Assembly: GCA_030390025.1 (NCBI GenBank)
Contig: CM059431.1
Span: 112,470,001-112,534,000 of the forward strand
Length of the DNA: 64,000 nucleotides
Direction of reading: 5' to 3'
Source: Squalus acanthias
Lineage: Eukaryota
This document shows positions 51,371 through 62,044 of the stretch, in pieces. Under the pieces are notes generated by a model. That model was not told the origin of the DNA. It searched no databases and was given only the letters and a program-made list of their open reading frames with translations. The position numbers and the translations under genes were made by a program. Numbering within the stretch: the first letter of the stretch is position 1; every line of letters starts with the position of its first letter.

Positions 51371-53234
51371 GAGAGCTGTCCCTCAGACCAGTCAAGCAAC
51401 AGTCTGACTTAGTCACATATACAAAATCATATCTATCAGCAACAACCTAGATGCCTTCATCACCATCCCTGGGTATGTCCTGTCCATTGTCAAAATAGAG
51501 CTCCCAGAAGTGCTCACAGTGATATACAGTTATGTGGGATTGCCCCTGAGAATCCTCAACATTGACTCCAGACCCCATGAAATCTCATGGCTTCAAGTTA
51601 GGTAAAGTTAAGGCTGCTGATCATCACTTAACGCCCTCCCCTCAGCTGATGAATCAGTTGAACATCACTTGGAGGAAGCACTGAGCAAATGTACTCTGGA
51701 TAAGACACTTCAATATCCACCATCAAGAATGACTTGATAGTACTATCAGTGATCAAGCTGGCCAAGTCCTAAAGGACTTAGCTGCCAGATTAGACCTGCG
51801 TCACGTGGTGAGGGAACCAACACGAGGGAGTAACCTACTTGCTTCATCTTCCCCACCCCACCAGTCACAGGCCCATCTACCCACGATAGCATTGATAGGA
51901 GTGACCACCACATAGGCCCTGAAAATCTATTGGGGTTGCACTGGACTCCCATCATAACTTCCAGAGGGGCCACCATTGACCAGATGTATAACTAGACCAG
52001 CCATATCGGCACCATGGTTACAAGAGCAAGGCAAATGCTGGGTACTCTGTGATGAGTGGCTTGCCTCCTGGCCTTTTAAAGCCTCTATACCATCTACAAG
52101 GCTCAAATCAGGAGTATGATGGAATACTCATCATTCACTTGGATGAGTGCAACCACAGTAACACTCCAGAAGCTAAACACCTTTCAGGACAGATCAGTTT
52201 GCTTGATTGGTGCTACTGCCACTAGACTTAATATCTACCTATGGCTGTAGTATATACTCTCTGCAGAATGTAATGAGGCAACTCACCAAGGTTATTTCAG
52301 TATCACTTCTCTCCCCTGCAGCTATCAGAAGGATAAGATCAGCAATGTCGTGGGAACACCATCGACTCTAAGTTCCCATCCAAGTCGCACATGCACTATC
52401 CTGACTTGGATATATGATGCCATTTCTTCATCGCTGCTGGGTTAATATTCTGGAATTCCTTAACTAACACAATAATGGGAGTGCCATCAGCACAAGGACT
52501 GCAGCAATTCCTGGAGAAGGTCTACCAGCACCTTCTTAGGGAAACTAAGGATTTGTAATAAGTGTGGCCTTGCCATCATTGCCCACCCCCAAAACAAATA
52601 AAATATTAGCAAGCATGACTCCATGTCTTCACAAGAGGAAGAGAAAGTAACAAATTAAATTGTTGGAACATCTAGGATAAGATGAAATGCTTAGATTCTT
52701 CTGCTATTGATCAAATTGCCATTTGCAAAGTCAATACTGTCGGAATACTAATACAATATTTCGGGAGGACTTTCGAAGAATATCTCAATCAGCAAGGGGT
52801 GGAGGAAATACGTCATACATTGGGACACAGAGGCTAAGGGCAAGAATGCTTAGCTGGCGCACAAATGCAGGAGGAAGTACAGCCTGGGCTAACAAAAACA
52901 GACTTGGTCTTGTACTCTGCTTGAGAAGAGAGTGATAAGTTTTTACGTGTTGGGAAAAGAGTGCCTCATGTAAAGTCAGCCTTGTCGCATATATCCAGTG
53001 GAGTCTTTGAGGATCAGGGGAGGGGAGCGGGCAAGATTTGTACAGGTTCTGTAGCCATGGTTGGAGAATTCATATACAACCTGCTAACAAAGGATCGGTG
53101 AGGATGTCTGGAATAATATCAATTATTTGAGATGTTATTGCTGCTTGGGTCTCAAAATGATTTTTAAAGTCAAGGAAGTTTTTTTTTATGTTTATGTGCA
53201 ACTTCATGTAAAGAGATGCTTTTATAAAGGTCAT

Positions 53235-54006
53235 GGCCTAGAAATGATCGCTAGAATTGATCCCTGCACTGGAATGGGTACGGCCAAGGCTGACCTGATA
53301 TTGGGCATCAGGCCTCATTTACATGACGTTGGCGATATGCAGGCACCTGCTGGGCATCCCCAGGCTGCTCGCCGCTGAAGCGGATTTGAATTTCAGGCCA
53401 CTGAGTCGCTAGCAGTGGTCCTTAGGTAGGTCCTGGGAGAGGAAGGGAAACGATCGGAAGGGAGGGATGTGATTGGAGGACATGATCGGGGGGGAGGCGA
53501 CCAGGGGTGGCGGGGGTGGTGGTGGGAAACAATTGGGAGGAGGAGGGGGGCCAATCAGGAAAGAGAGGAGCCAGCGATTGGGAGAGGGAGGGAGGTAATC
53601 ATGAGGGGGGTGTGTGGTGGCCAGCAGCAGTCCGTAGTTTTGATGTGGAACTGGGAGGAGCACTCCTCCACCTCCCAGCTGCACATTCAGGCAAGTATTT
53701 TTTTTAAAACGTACCTTTTTGGTGACTGCCTGCTGGACCACTGGTTAGGCCGGATGTAGACCACATTTTCCTGAATGCAGCAAGTGCCAGTCCGTTTATG
53801 TTCAGGGCAGCCCAATTTTACAAAGGGAGCATCAAACAGGTGTTTGGCCCCCTATTTGCATATGGAACGAGCTAAGGCCGGTTTCAGGCATGGATGGCTC
53901 TTTTTCTGCCTTTATCTATATGGCTCCCGGCGTATAATGAGCGCATGCTCACTGCCCACCATATCCGATGCTTAGGCACCCGTTTTCTGCATGGAATTTC
54001 TAGGCC
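53235..54006. mobile_element. MITE, probably Harbinger-type
   Basis: Perfect 11-bp TIR GGCCTAGAAAT / ATTTCTAGGCC; flanks CAT/AAT. Confidence 0.65.
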
Positions 54007-54124
54007 AATTATTTGTGTTAAATGCAGGAAGCATCTGGTAAGTATAGTGGGTAAATGAAGAATATAAGGAGTGCATTTTCAGCATATTAGATCTTAAACT
54101 TCTATTTGTTCACATTTGTTCACA

Positions 54125-54274
54125 GTGTCAGCTGTGGCTCAGTTGGTAGCACCCTTGCCTCTGAGTCCAGAATGGTTGTGGGTTCAAGTCCCACTCCAGG
54201 GACTTTGAGCACATAAAGCTAGGCGGACACTCCACTCCAGTGCAGTGCTGAGGTAGTGCTGCACTGTCGAAGGT

Positions 54275-54308
<34 letters not shown>

Positions 54309-54587
54309 CGTCTGCTCTCTCGGGTGGATGTAAAAGATCCCATGGCACTATTTCAAAGAAGAGCAGGGGAGTTATCCTCGGTGTCCTGGCCAATATTTAT
54401 CCCTCAACCAACATAACAAAAACAGATTATCTGGTCATTATCACATTGATGTTTGTGGGAGCTTGCTGAGCGCAAATTGGCTGCCGCGTTTCCCACATTA
54501 CAACAGTGACTTCACTTCAAAAGTATCTTCATTGACCGCAAAGCACATTGAGACGTCTGGTTGCTATATAAATGCAAGTCTTTCTTT
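54125..54587 (+). mobile_element. tRNA-derived SINE (Deu-domain/SacSINE1-like)
   Basis: A box TGGCTCAGTTGG 54135, B box GGTTCAAGTCC 54181; tail GCTATATAAATGCAAGTCTTTCTTT. Confidence 0.88.
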
Positions 54588-54950
54588 AGTTTGGGGGAGG
54601 GCAATTAATGCAATAAAAAACACTCCTGCCTCTTCGCACTTTCTTTGTTTAGTTTTATACTTCCATGCATATATAAGGTCCCCTGCCTAAAGTAAATGTG
54701 CTATAGTGTAACTCTAAACTTTGAGAATTTATCCCATCAAAGTGCCTCTTCACGCAAAGAGCATGCCTTAAAAGATTTACTGTCTGAGAATATTCCTTCT
54801 GTCATGAAATGTGCTTCCAAAACATTTATGGTGGAAAAGATTAACCAGATTAATAATAGTCATGATGCGGAGATGCCGGTGTTGGACTGGGGTGGACAAA
54901 AATGAGAAGTCGCACAACACCAGGTTATAGTCCAACAGTTTTATTTGAAA

Positions 54951-54991
54951 TCACAAGCTTTCGGAGCTTACGTGGCCCCTTCCTCAGGTGA
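54951..54991 (-). ncRNA. Minimal hammerhead ribozyme motif
   Basis: Exact reverse complement of 56679-56719. Confidence 0.75.
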
Positions 54992-55314
54992 AGTAAAGAA
55001 ATACAGACTCGACAAAGCATATATAGATAGAGAACAATGCATGTGTAACTTACAATGGCAGACGACTACATTTAAATCATCCTGACTGTTTATCTGCCGA
55101 GGTGTGACAAAAGGCAATCAGGTCAGCCAGGAAGGTACCACATCAAAGACATAGCAAGATACAACTGAGACAATGAGGTGGAGTCACAGGGGGTCCAATG
55201 TGTCAAAAGCCGCAGATGGTATGGGAAACGATAAACTTTAAAATTTTACTTTTTTACTGGGAATCACATCTGTGAACAAGCCAACGACGACTCGAGTCTG
55301 GATCACGTCATGTA

Positions 55315-55845
55315 TCATGACATAAACCCAAGATCCCGGTTGAGGCCGTCCTCATGAGTGCGGAACTTGGCTATCAGTTTCTGCTCGATGATTTTGCGTT
55401 GTCGTGTGTTTCTAAGGCCGCCTTGGAGAACGCTTACCCGCAGATCCGAGGCTGAATGTCCTTGACTGCTGAAGTGTTCCCCGACTGGGAGGGAACACTC
55501 CTGCCTGGTGATTGTTGCACGGTGTCCGTTCATACGTTGTCTCAGTGTCTTCATGGTCTCGCCGATGTACCATGCCGCGGTGCATTCTTTCCTGCAACGT
55601 ATGAGGTAGACAACGTTGGCCGAGTCACATGAGTATGTACCATGTACCTGGTGGGTAGTGTCCTCACGTGTGATGATGGTATCTGTGTTGATGATCTGGC
55701 ATGTCTTGCAGAGGTTGCCGTGGCAGGGTTGTGTGGTGTCGTGGTCGATGTTATCCTGATTGCTGGGTAATTTGCTGTGAACGATGGTACTTCTGAGGTT
55801 AGGCGGCTGTTTGAAGGCAAGTAGTGGAGGCATGGGGATGGCCAC
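55315..55845 (-). pseudogene. PLE GIY-YIG endonuclease domain, 5'-truncated (left arm)
   Basis: C-x4-CxxC, NVVYLIRC...WYIGET...LRQRMNGHR, GLNRD; CGA>TGA removes the last 4 codons. Confidence 0.9.
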
Positions 55846-56366
55846 TACTTGCCTTCAAACAGCCGCCTAACCTCAGAAGTACCATCGTTCGCAGCAAATT
55901 ACCCAGCTTTCAGGATAACATCGACCACGACACCACACAACCCTGCCACGGCAACCTCTGCAAGACATGCCAGATCATCAACACAGATACCATCATCACA
56001 CGTGAGGACACTACCCACCAGGTACATGGTACATACTCATGTGACTCGGCCAACGTTGTCTACCTCATACGTTGCAGGAAAGAATGCACCGCGGCATGGT
56101 ACATCGGCGAGACCATGAAGACACTGAGACAACGTATGAACGGACACCGTGCAACAATCACCAGGCAGGAGTGTTCCCTCCCAGTCGGGGAACACTTCAG
56201 CAGTCAAGGACATTCAGCCTCGGATCTGCGGGTAAGCGTTCTCCAAGGCGGCCTTAGAAACACACGACAACGCAAAATCATCGAGCAGAAACTGATAGCC
56301 AAGTTCCGCACTCATGAGGACGGCCTCAACCGGGATCTTGGGTTTATGTCACGATACATGACGTGA
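55842..56366 (+). pseudogene. PLE GIY-YIG endonuclease domain, 5'-truncated (right arm)
   Basis: Same motifs, open to the natural stop. Confidence 0.9.
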
Positions 56367-56678
56367 TCCAGACTCGAGTCGTCGTTGGCTTGTTCACAGA
56401 TGTGATTCCCAGTAAAAAAGTAAAAATTTTAAAGTTTATCGTTTCCCATACCGACTGCGGCTTTTGACACATTGGACCCCCTGTGACTCCACCTCATTGT
56501 CTCAGTTGTATCTTGCTATGTCTTTGATGTGGTACCTTCCTGGCTGACCTGATTGCCTTTTGTCACACCTCGGCAGATAAACAGTCAGGATGATTTAAAT
56601 GTAGTCGTCTGCCATTGTAAGTTACACATGCATTGTTCTCTATCTATATATGCTTTGTCGAGTCTGTATTTCTTTACT

Positions 56679-56719
56679 TCACCTGAGGAAGGGGCCACGT
56701 AAGCTCCGAAAGCTTGTGA
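56679..56719 (+). ncRNA. Minimal hammerhead ribozyme motif
   Basis: TCAC-CTGAGGA-A-GGGGC-CACGTAA-GCTCC-GAAA-GC-TT-GTGA, followed by AATAAA. Confidence 0.78.
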
Positions 56720-57304
56720 TTTCAAATAAAACTGTTGGACTATAACCTGGTGTTGTGCGACTTCTCAGATTAATAATAGACAGTATTTTGAGGTATCCAA
56801 GAAAAACATAATCTTACAGCGATTGGGATCATTTATTCCAGAAGAGTGTTAGTGACTGATTGTAAAACAGTTTAAACAAGGTAGCATGATGTGTATGTAT
56901 AATTAATTTTACTTACTTGTGGATAAGTTCTATGAATTTAGTCTTCCAAATGAGTTAGCTTAAGTCTTATGTTTACATTTAACTTCATTTTCTTTGTTTA
57001 ATCTTCCTGTTTTTGCTTATTTTATTTCCTCTTCCTTTCAGTTTATACTGTGTTTCTAAAAAAAACCTGAATAAGAATAGAGAACATATTTACAATTTGA
57101 TTGTAATCTTTTTCTCATTCTCTTCATTAGCAAGTTAATTCCCTGTCTCTCTGGTCCTCATTTTTTCTCCCTCACTCTTACTCATATTCTGCCCCTGTCC
57201 CATGTGACTCTCTAAATAGATCTAAACCATGCTGAACTCCCAGGAGGAAGAACATAAAAAGGGAAAATGAAGATTGTTCACTCCTGGAAGCATAGTATGG
57301 TCGA

Positions 57305-57530
57305 GTATGAAATAAAAAGCTGGTATCAGTAAAGATGGCCTAAACTGTCAGATTTTCATAAAAACACCAACTGGTTCCTTTAGGGAAGGAAATCAGATGT
57401 CCTTGCCCGGTTTGGCTTATATTTGACTCCAGTCCCACGTCAATGTGGTTGACTCTTAACTGCCCTCTGTATCAAACTGGCAACTAGGGATGGGCAATAA
57501 ATGCCAGCCTTATCAGTGACGTCCCTATGC
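57305..57530 (+). mobile_element. SINE related to the 35718-40984 LINE
   Basis: GTTGACTCTTAACTGCCCTCTG joined closely to CTAGGGATGGGCAATAAATGC. Confidence 0.7.
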
Positions 57531-60239
57531 CTAAACAAAAAAGACAGGATAGGATTCCAAAAATAGACAAGTTAGTGGTTAGTCTGGGTGGTGAGATGAG
57601 AAAGAATGGAAGAGGTGTGCCCAGGTGGGAGACAACAGATTATATATTGGGTAGAGAAGGAGACAAAATGGAGTAATACAATTAGACATCCAGGACAACA
57701 CAAAACAGGGAGGTAGGAAACAGTCAGAGATGCTTTTTTATGCAAGGGACACCACAAGAATTTTGCCTCATAAAATCATTTACACTTTCACATATGCAAA
57801 GACTTTAATCCAATCTTGTTCTATTTCAACTACACTGTAAAAACCTCAGGCTCTTCCTTTTTGCATAATTTCTTGGTAAATTAAGTTTCAGTGATACAAA
57901 CGATTATGTGCAACAGCTGATTTCTTGTTAATAGGCTGTCCTAGCAAGCTTCAATCACAGATTTCTCCCACATTGAAACATGATAACTATAAGAACCAAG
58001 GACAAATCACAGCCGCCCAATCAACATATATGTTTCTGAAAAGCACAATTTAAACCAGAGATAGTGGTGTACAAGGGATGATGAGTAATTCCACAATCAC
58101 AAATTATGTTCTGATGTCCCGTGTGTATGATCATGAACCACTCTGCTGACTCAACTTCTCACAATGAGTACAACCATTAGCAAAATAACAGCTACATTTG
58201 ACAATTCAATGATAATGACTTTAGGAAGACATCTCCATCACATTCAAGATGCCAGAGTAAACTGTACAACAAAAGAGATTTTTTGATTCAGTCTGTGTTT
58301 TACTGCAATCTCTTGAAGGTAATTAAGACTCAAGATTATAAAGGAATGAGAGGCCGATCTATTTTGTCCACTTGTTAATGATGGTATTGAAAAATCCAGG
58401 ACTAGGTTGTACAGCTCACTAACTCTTTGTGCTGTCTAACTGCTAGTCAGGGTGTGAAGGAATAAGCAATATACCTATTCAGAAAAATACACCATCCTAT
58501 GAAAGAATTTTGACTTTATTAAAACATGACATACTGGGTTTGAAAATCTAGAAACCTAACAATGGAAAAGCTGTAAACAGCATTCAGACTATTGAGATAA
58601 GATAAGTTGTTGACACTGAATCAATAGCCTTAATGAAACAGAAGGTTAGAGGTTCCTGGAAGTCTGAAGCCTTGGAAAGAACACAATAGTATACCCTGTT
58701 AAAGTGTCTTAAACCAACACTTTGGAAAGAATCACAGAAAATTAAAGAAACATATGCCTTCGTAAAAATAACATCAAATGAAACACGGAGACACGAGTCT
58801 GTAATACAATCAGTTGAGGTAGCTAAGAAGACAATGGTGCACCCAGTTGAGGTGTTTTTAATTTACACGTCGTAAAAAGATACAAACAGAAAACCTTGCT
58901 AAGAATGACAACAAATAGAGGCACCTGTTCCACATTGTTTTTTATGATAAGCTTCAAACATCTAAAGGAGAGACACAAGTCTGCTTGCTACCAGCTGAAC
59001 TGACTGTAAGAATAGAAAGGGTCAGCAGAAAAATGACTAGAGATAATTAGCTTACATCAGCAGAAAACTTCAAAGGAAATACAACTGAGAAAGGGTATAA
59101 AAATTGGACTTTCAAATGGGAAGATAGATTCGCTTGAAGGGGCAAAGCGATTCTCAGACTTCAGAGGCAGGCTCTGTAAGTCTTCAGCTCTTTGTGACTC
59201 GGGTATCAAAGGTATTTGATTTTGGTGGATATCCTGGAATAAGACTAAGAAATGTAAAAAATGTAACAAAGTTAAGATTTGAGAATAAGGATCTCTGATA
59301 ATAGAATTGTAAGATTTTTGTATTTGGAACTGTTAATGTTGCGATTGAATCACCAACTGTAAATTACTTGTCGGTTCTTTAATAAATCTATATATTTTTA
59401 GAATTGTCTCAAATAGTACTTCTGTATCAAACTTGCGAACTCAATCTCTGTACACTCTTTGGTGAGGAGTTGCAGAATTCTGGGGGAGTTTTCTGGACCC
59501 TCATAATATCCGGAAGGTTACAGTCTAGCTAAACTTATTAAAAGTGCTATCTGGAGGACGGTAACATCTTCAGGCTGTTCCTTTCCTTTAGGGACAGATA
59601 GTCTGGACCTTTAGACCCAATTAAGCGTCTTTAGGATTCGGCTACCTCTAACTTTAGTTGAAGGTGAACGGCTGGGGAATACGTCTGATCCGGGTTAGCC
59701 CAAAAGGGGCTAGGACGAGTAATTATCCCTTCAAGGGTAAGTGTTTTAAGTCAAAAGAACTTAAACTAACAGAAACTATTGGGCTTTATTGTCTCTGACA
59801 CCCAAGGACTTAAATTTAAAAGGTTCCAGGACGTGAAAGTCTGAGAAATAAAGAAGGTAGCTTCCCAGGCCTCTCTCATGAAGAAGGTCACCATTCCTGA
59901 GGAAACTTGGAGCGTGCCAGTTGCCTAGGGTGTGGTTAAATACTCAGGCCTTTCTACTTCACCACTCCAGAGCAAATAGGCCACCATTCCAGAGGAGCAC
60001 TTTGTAATTTGGACCAGTAGTTCCTCCATCAACGTTGTACTTGAGATACTTCCTACGGGCTTCCCCAATCCTGATGGGGATGTGACAGATCAGAGATCTA
60101 TTTTGTTTCATGTCATGAAAGACTACAGGGATGATCTTCCTATCTCCCCTTCTGCCTGGGTGCTTGTCAGATGATGTGCACCAAAGTGCGCTCCACCTGA
60201 CACAACTTGAATCAGGATGTATTTCTGGGTTCAGGTTTA

Positions 60240-60830
60240 TTTTAATAGGCTTGATGTTTTCCTGGTGCAGGCCCTGGTTGAGGGAGCAATGTTGGCCAAG
60301 ACATGGAAGAATTTCTTCCCCCTCTTCAAATAGTGATTACTTTAATAATGTTACAGACAGAAGGAACCTCAGTTTAACATCTCATCTAAAGGCCAGCACT
60401 TCTGACAATGCAGCATTCCTTCAGTAGTGAACTGGAATGCCAGTTTGGATTATATACTCAACAACAACAACTTGCATTTATATAGCATTTAATGTAGTAA
60501 AACATCCTAAGGTGCTTCACAGGAGCGTAATCAGACAGAAATTGACACTGAGCCAAAGAAGGAGACCAAATGCTTGATCAAAGAGGTAGGTTCTAAGCAG
60601 CGTCTTAAAGGAGGAGAGAGAGGTGGACATGCAAAGAGGTTTGGGGAGGGAATTCCAGAACTTAGGGCCTAGTTGGCTGAAGGCACACCCACCAATGGTG
60701 GAGCGAAGGAAGTGGGGGATGCACAAGAGGCCAGAGTTGGAGGAATGCAGAGTTCCCAGAGGGTTGTAGGACTGGAGGAGATTACAGAGATTAGGAGAAG
60801 CGAGGCCATGGAATGGATTATAAAGTCCTG
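60240..60830 (-). mobile_element. Deu-SINE remnant (60240-60460) and L2-like 3' end (60460-60830)
   Basis: GGCAFSQLGPKFWNSLP...SSFKTLLRTYLFDQAF; tail GCTATATAAATGCAAG(TTG)n. Confidence 0.7.
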
Positions 60831-62044
60831 GAATGAGGCTTGAACCTGCTGATTCAGAGGAAATGTTGAAAAGCTTTGTCTGGTAGATATCCATATGTCT
60901 AAGGCCATAAAATTGGAAGAAATTAAAAGGGTTTATTTAACTTGCATTTTTTCAAACAAGAAATAGTAAAGCAAATCTTTATTTCTCTCAGAGCTTGTTG
61001 AACAAGCATCATTTCCATTTTAGTGAACCCTTGAAGCAAAACAGATTCTTGGCCTGGGCCCCAGACCACCACTTCTAGTCCAGTCCAGACCAGTTCAATC
61101 AGGCTGCAGCATTCTCTGCCACTCTAATATACACAAGGACTTGGGTTCAATTGGCCGTGGTTTCAACAACAGGCAATTCATCGCTTTAAATTTGTTTTAG
61201 TTTTTAGAACAAGCAAAAAGAAGTTTTAGGTGTATTATAGAAGTATTAAAAATAAACCTATAAGATCATTTATTTTCTTTTAACTTACTTTGTATTGCCA
61301 AAATTGTGAGACATTGAGAAAGGGAGCAATTTATGCCAACAATGTAACCCATGTCTCTAACAGCAAAATTAAGCAAATAAAAGATACGGTTGATTTATTT
61401 TTATTTTACAATAACTGGACGAGCTTTCTATAAATCAAGAATGTTGTACTGTACATGAATGGACTGGAACTGCTGGATTTTAGAAGATTAATGATAGTTT
61501 GAATGTTCAAAGACAAGGCTGCTGTAAATGTTTCTTCATTTCAAATTTCTGTTTTATTAATCCATAGCCCAGCCAAACTGCAGATGTTAAATCTGTGAAA
61601 TCTTATCAGCAAATGCGAAGCTGTGGTTAACAACAGTTACTGAGCTCCTGACCCATTCACTCATCACCTTTCCAAAATAAATGTAAAATATCATCTTGTG
61701 ACGGACAGTTCAGTGTACCACGCTGCCAAAGATTCGGAGTCCGGCTTCCAGAATTCTCTGTGAAGTATGTTCCTGACATTCAGCTCAGAGATATTTATGG
61801 AAGATACTATGCCGGAGGAAGGGATGGCATAAGAAAAGGAGGGAATGGAGGATGAATCAACCCACACACCACCTAGTGGCAGCTAGCTGAGTGGCATAGG
61901 TAGAGGCCAAGGAACCAATAGCTTGCCCGTCCTGGTTGGTGCAGCCTGGTGAGAATGAAAGGGATGGAGAGCCTAGCACATGGCGGAGTGGTATTTTTTT
62001 GTCACTGTTCTTGAAGACTGTCATTTGTGGGGTCAAAAGACATT

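Larger units (their letters stand above)
49560..52600 (+). mobile_element. Old deleted copy of the 35718-40984 LINE family, split by a CR1
   Basis: 5' body 49560-49795, APE remnant 51371-51920 and 3' region 51950-52600 colinear with the longer copy. Confidence 0.7.
54860..56767. mobile_element. Fold-back Penelope-like element (family B) with ~925-bp inverted arms
   Basis: Arms 54903-55827 / 55842-56767 with a 14-bp spacer; TSD CAGATTAATAATAG (54846-54859, 56766-56779); GIY-YIG coding segment and hammerhead in each arm. Confidence 0.95.

Noticed and set aside
54125..54200. tRNA gene
   Set aside because: A/B boxes belong to a SINE head continuing into body and tail; the same applies at 380-455, 26050-26126 and 35718-35800
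55824..56366. Stand-alone expressed 180-aa endonuclease gene
   Set aside because: The start is a non-ATG codon in the opposite arm and the first residues come from the spacer; it is a truncated PLE ORF
54903..56767. Palindrome as an assembly artefact
   Set aside because: Arms differ by CpG-type substitutions and an indel, the flanks are unique with a TSD, and the same architecture recurs at 23.3 kb; read-level confirmation is still advisable
61867..61882. CTCF-like motif (GCCACTAGGTGGTG on minus strand)
   Set aside because: A single imperfect motif match is expected by chance in 64 kb
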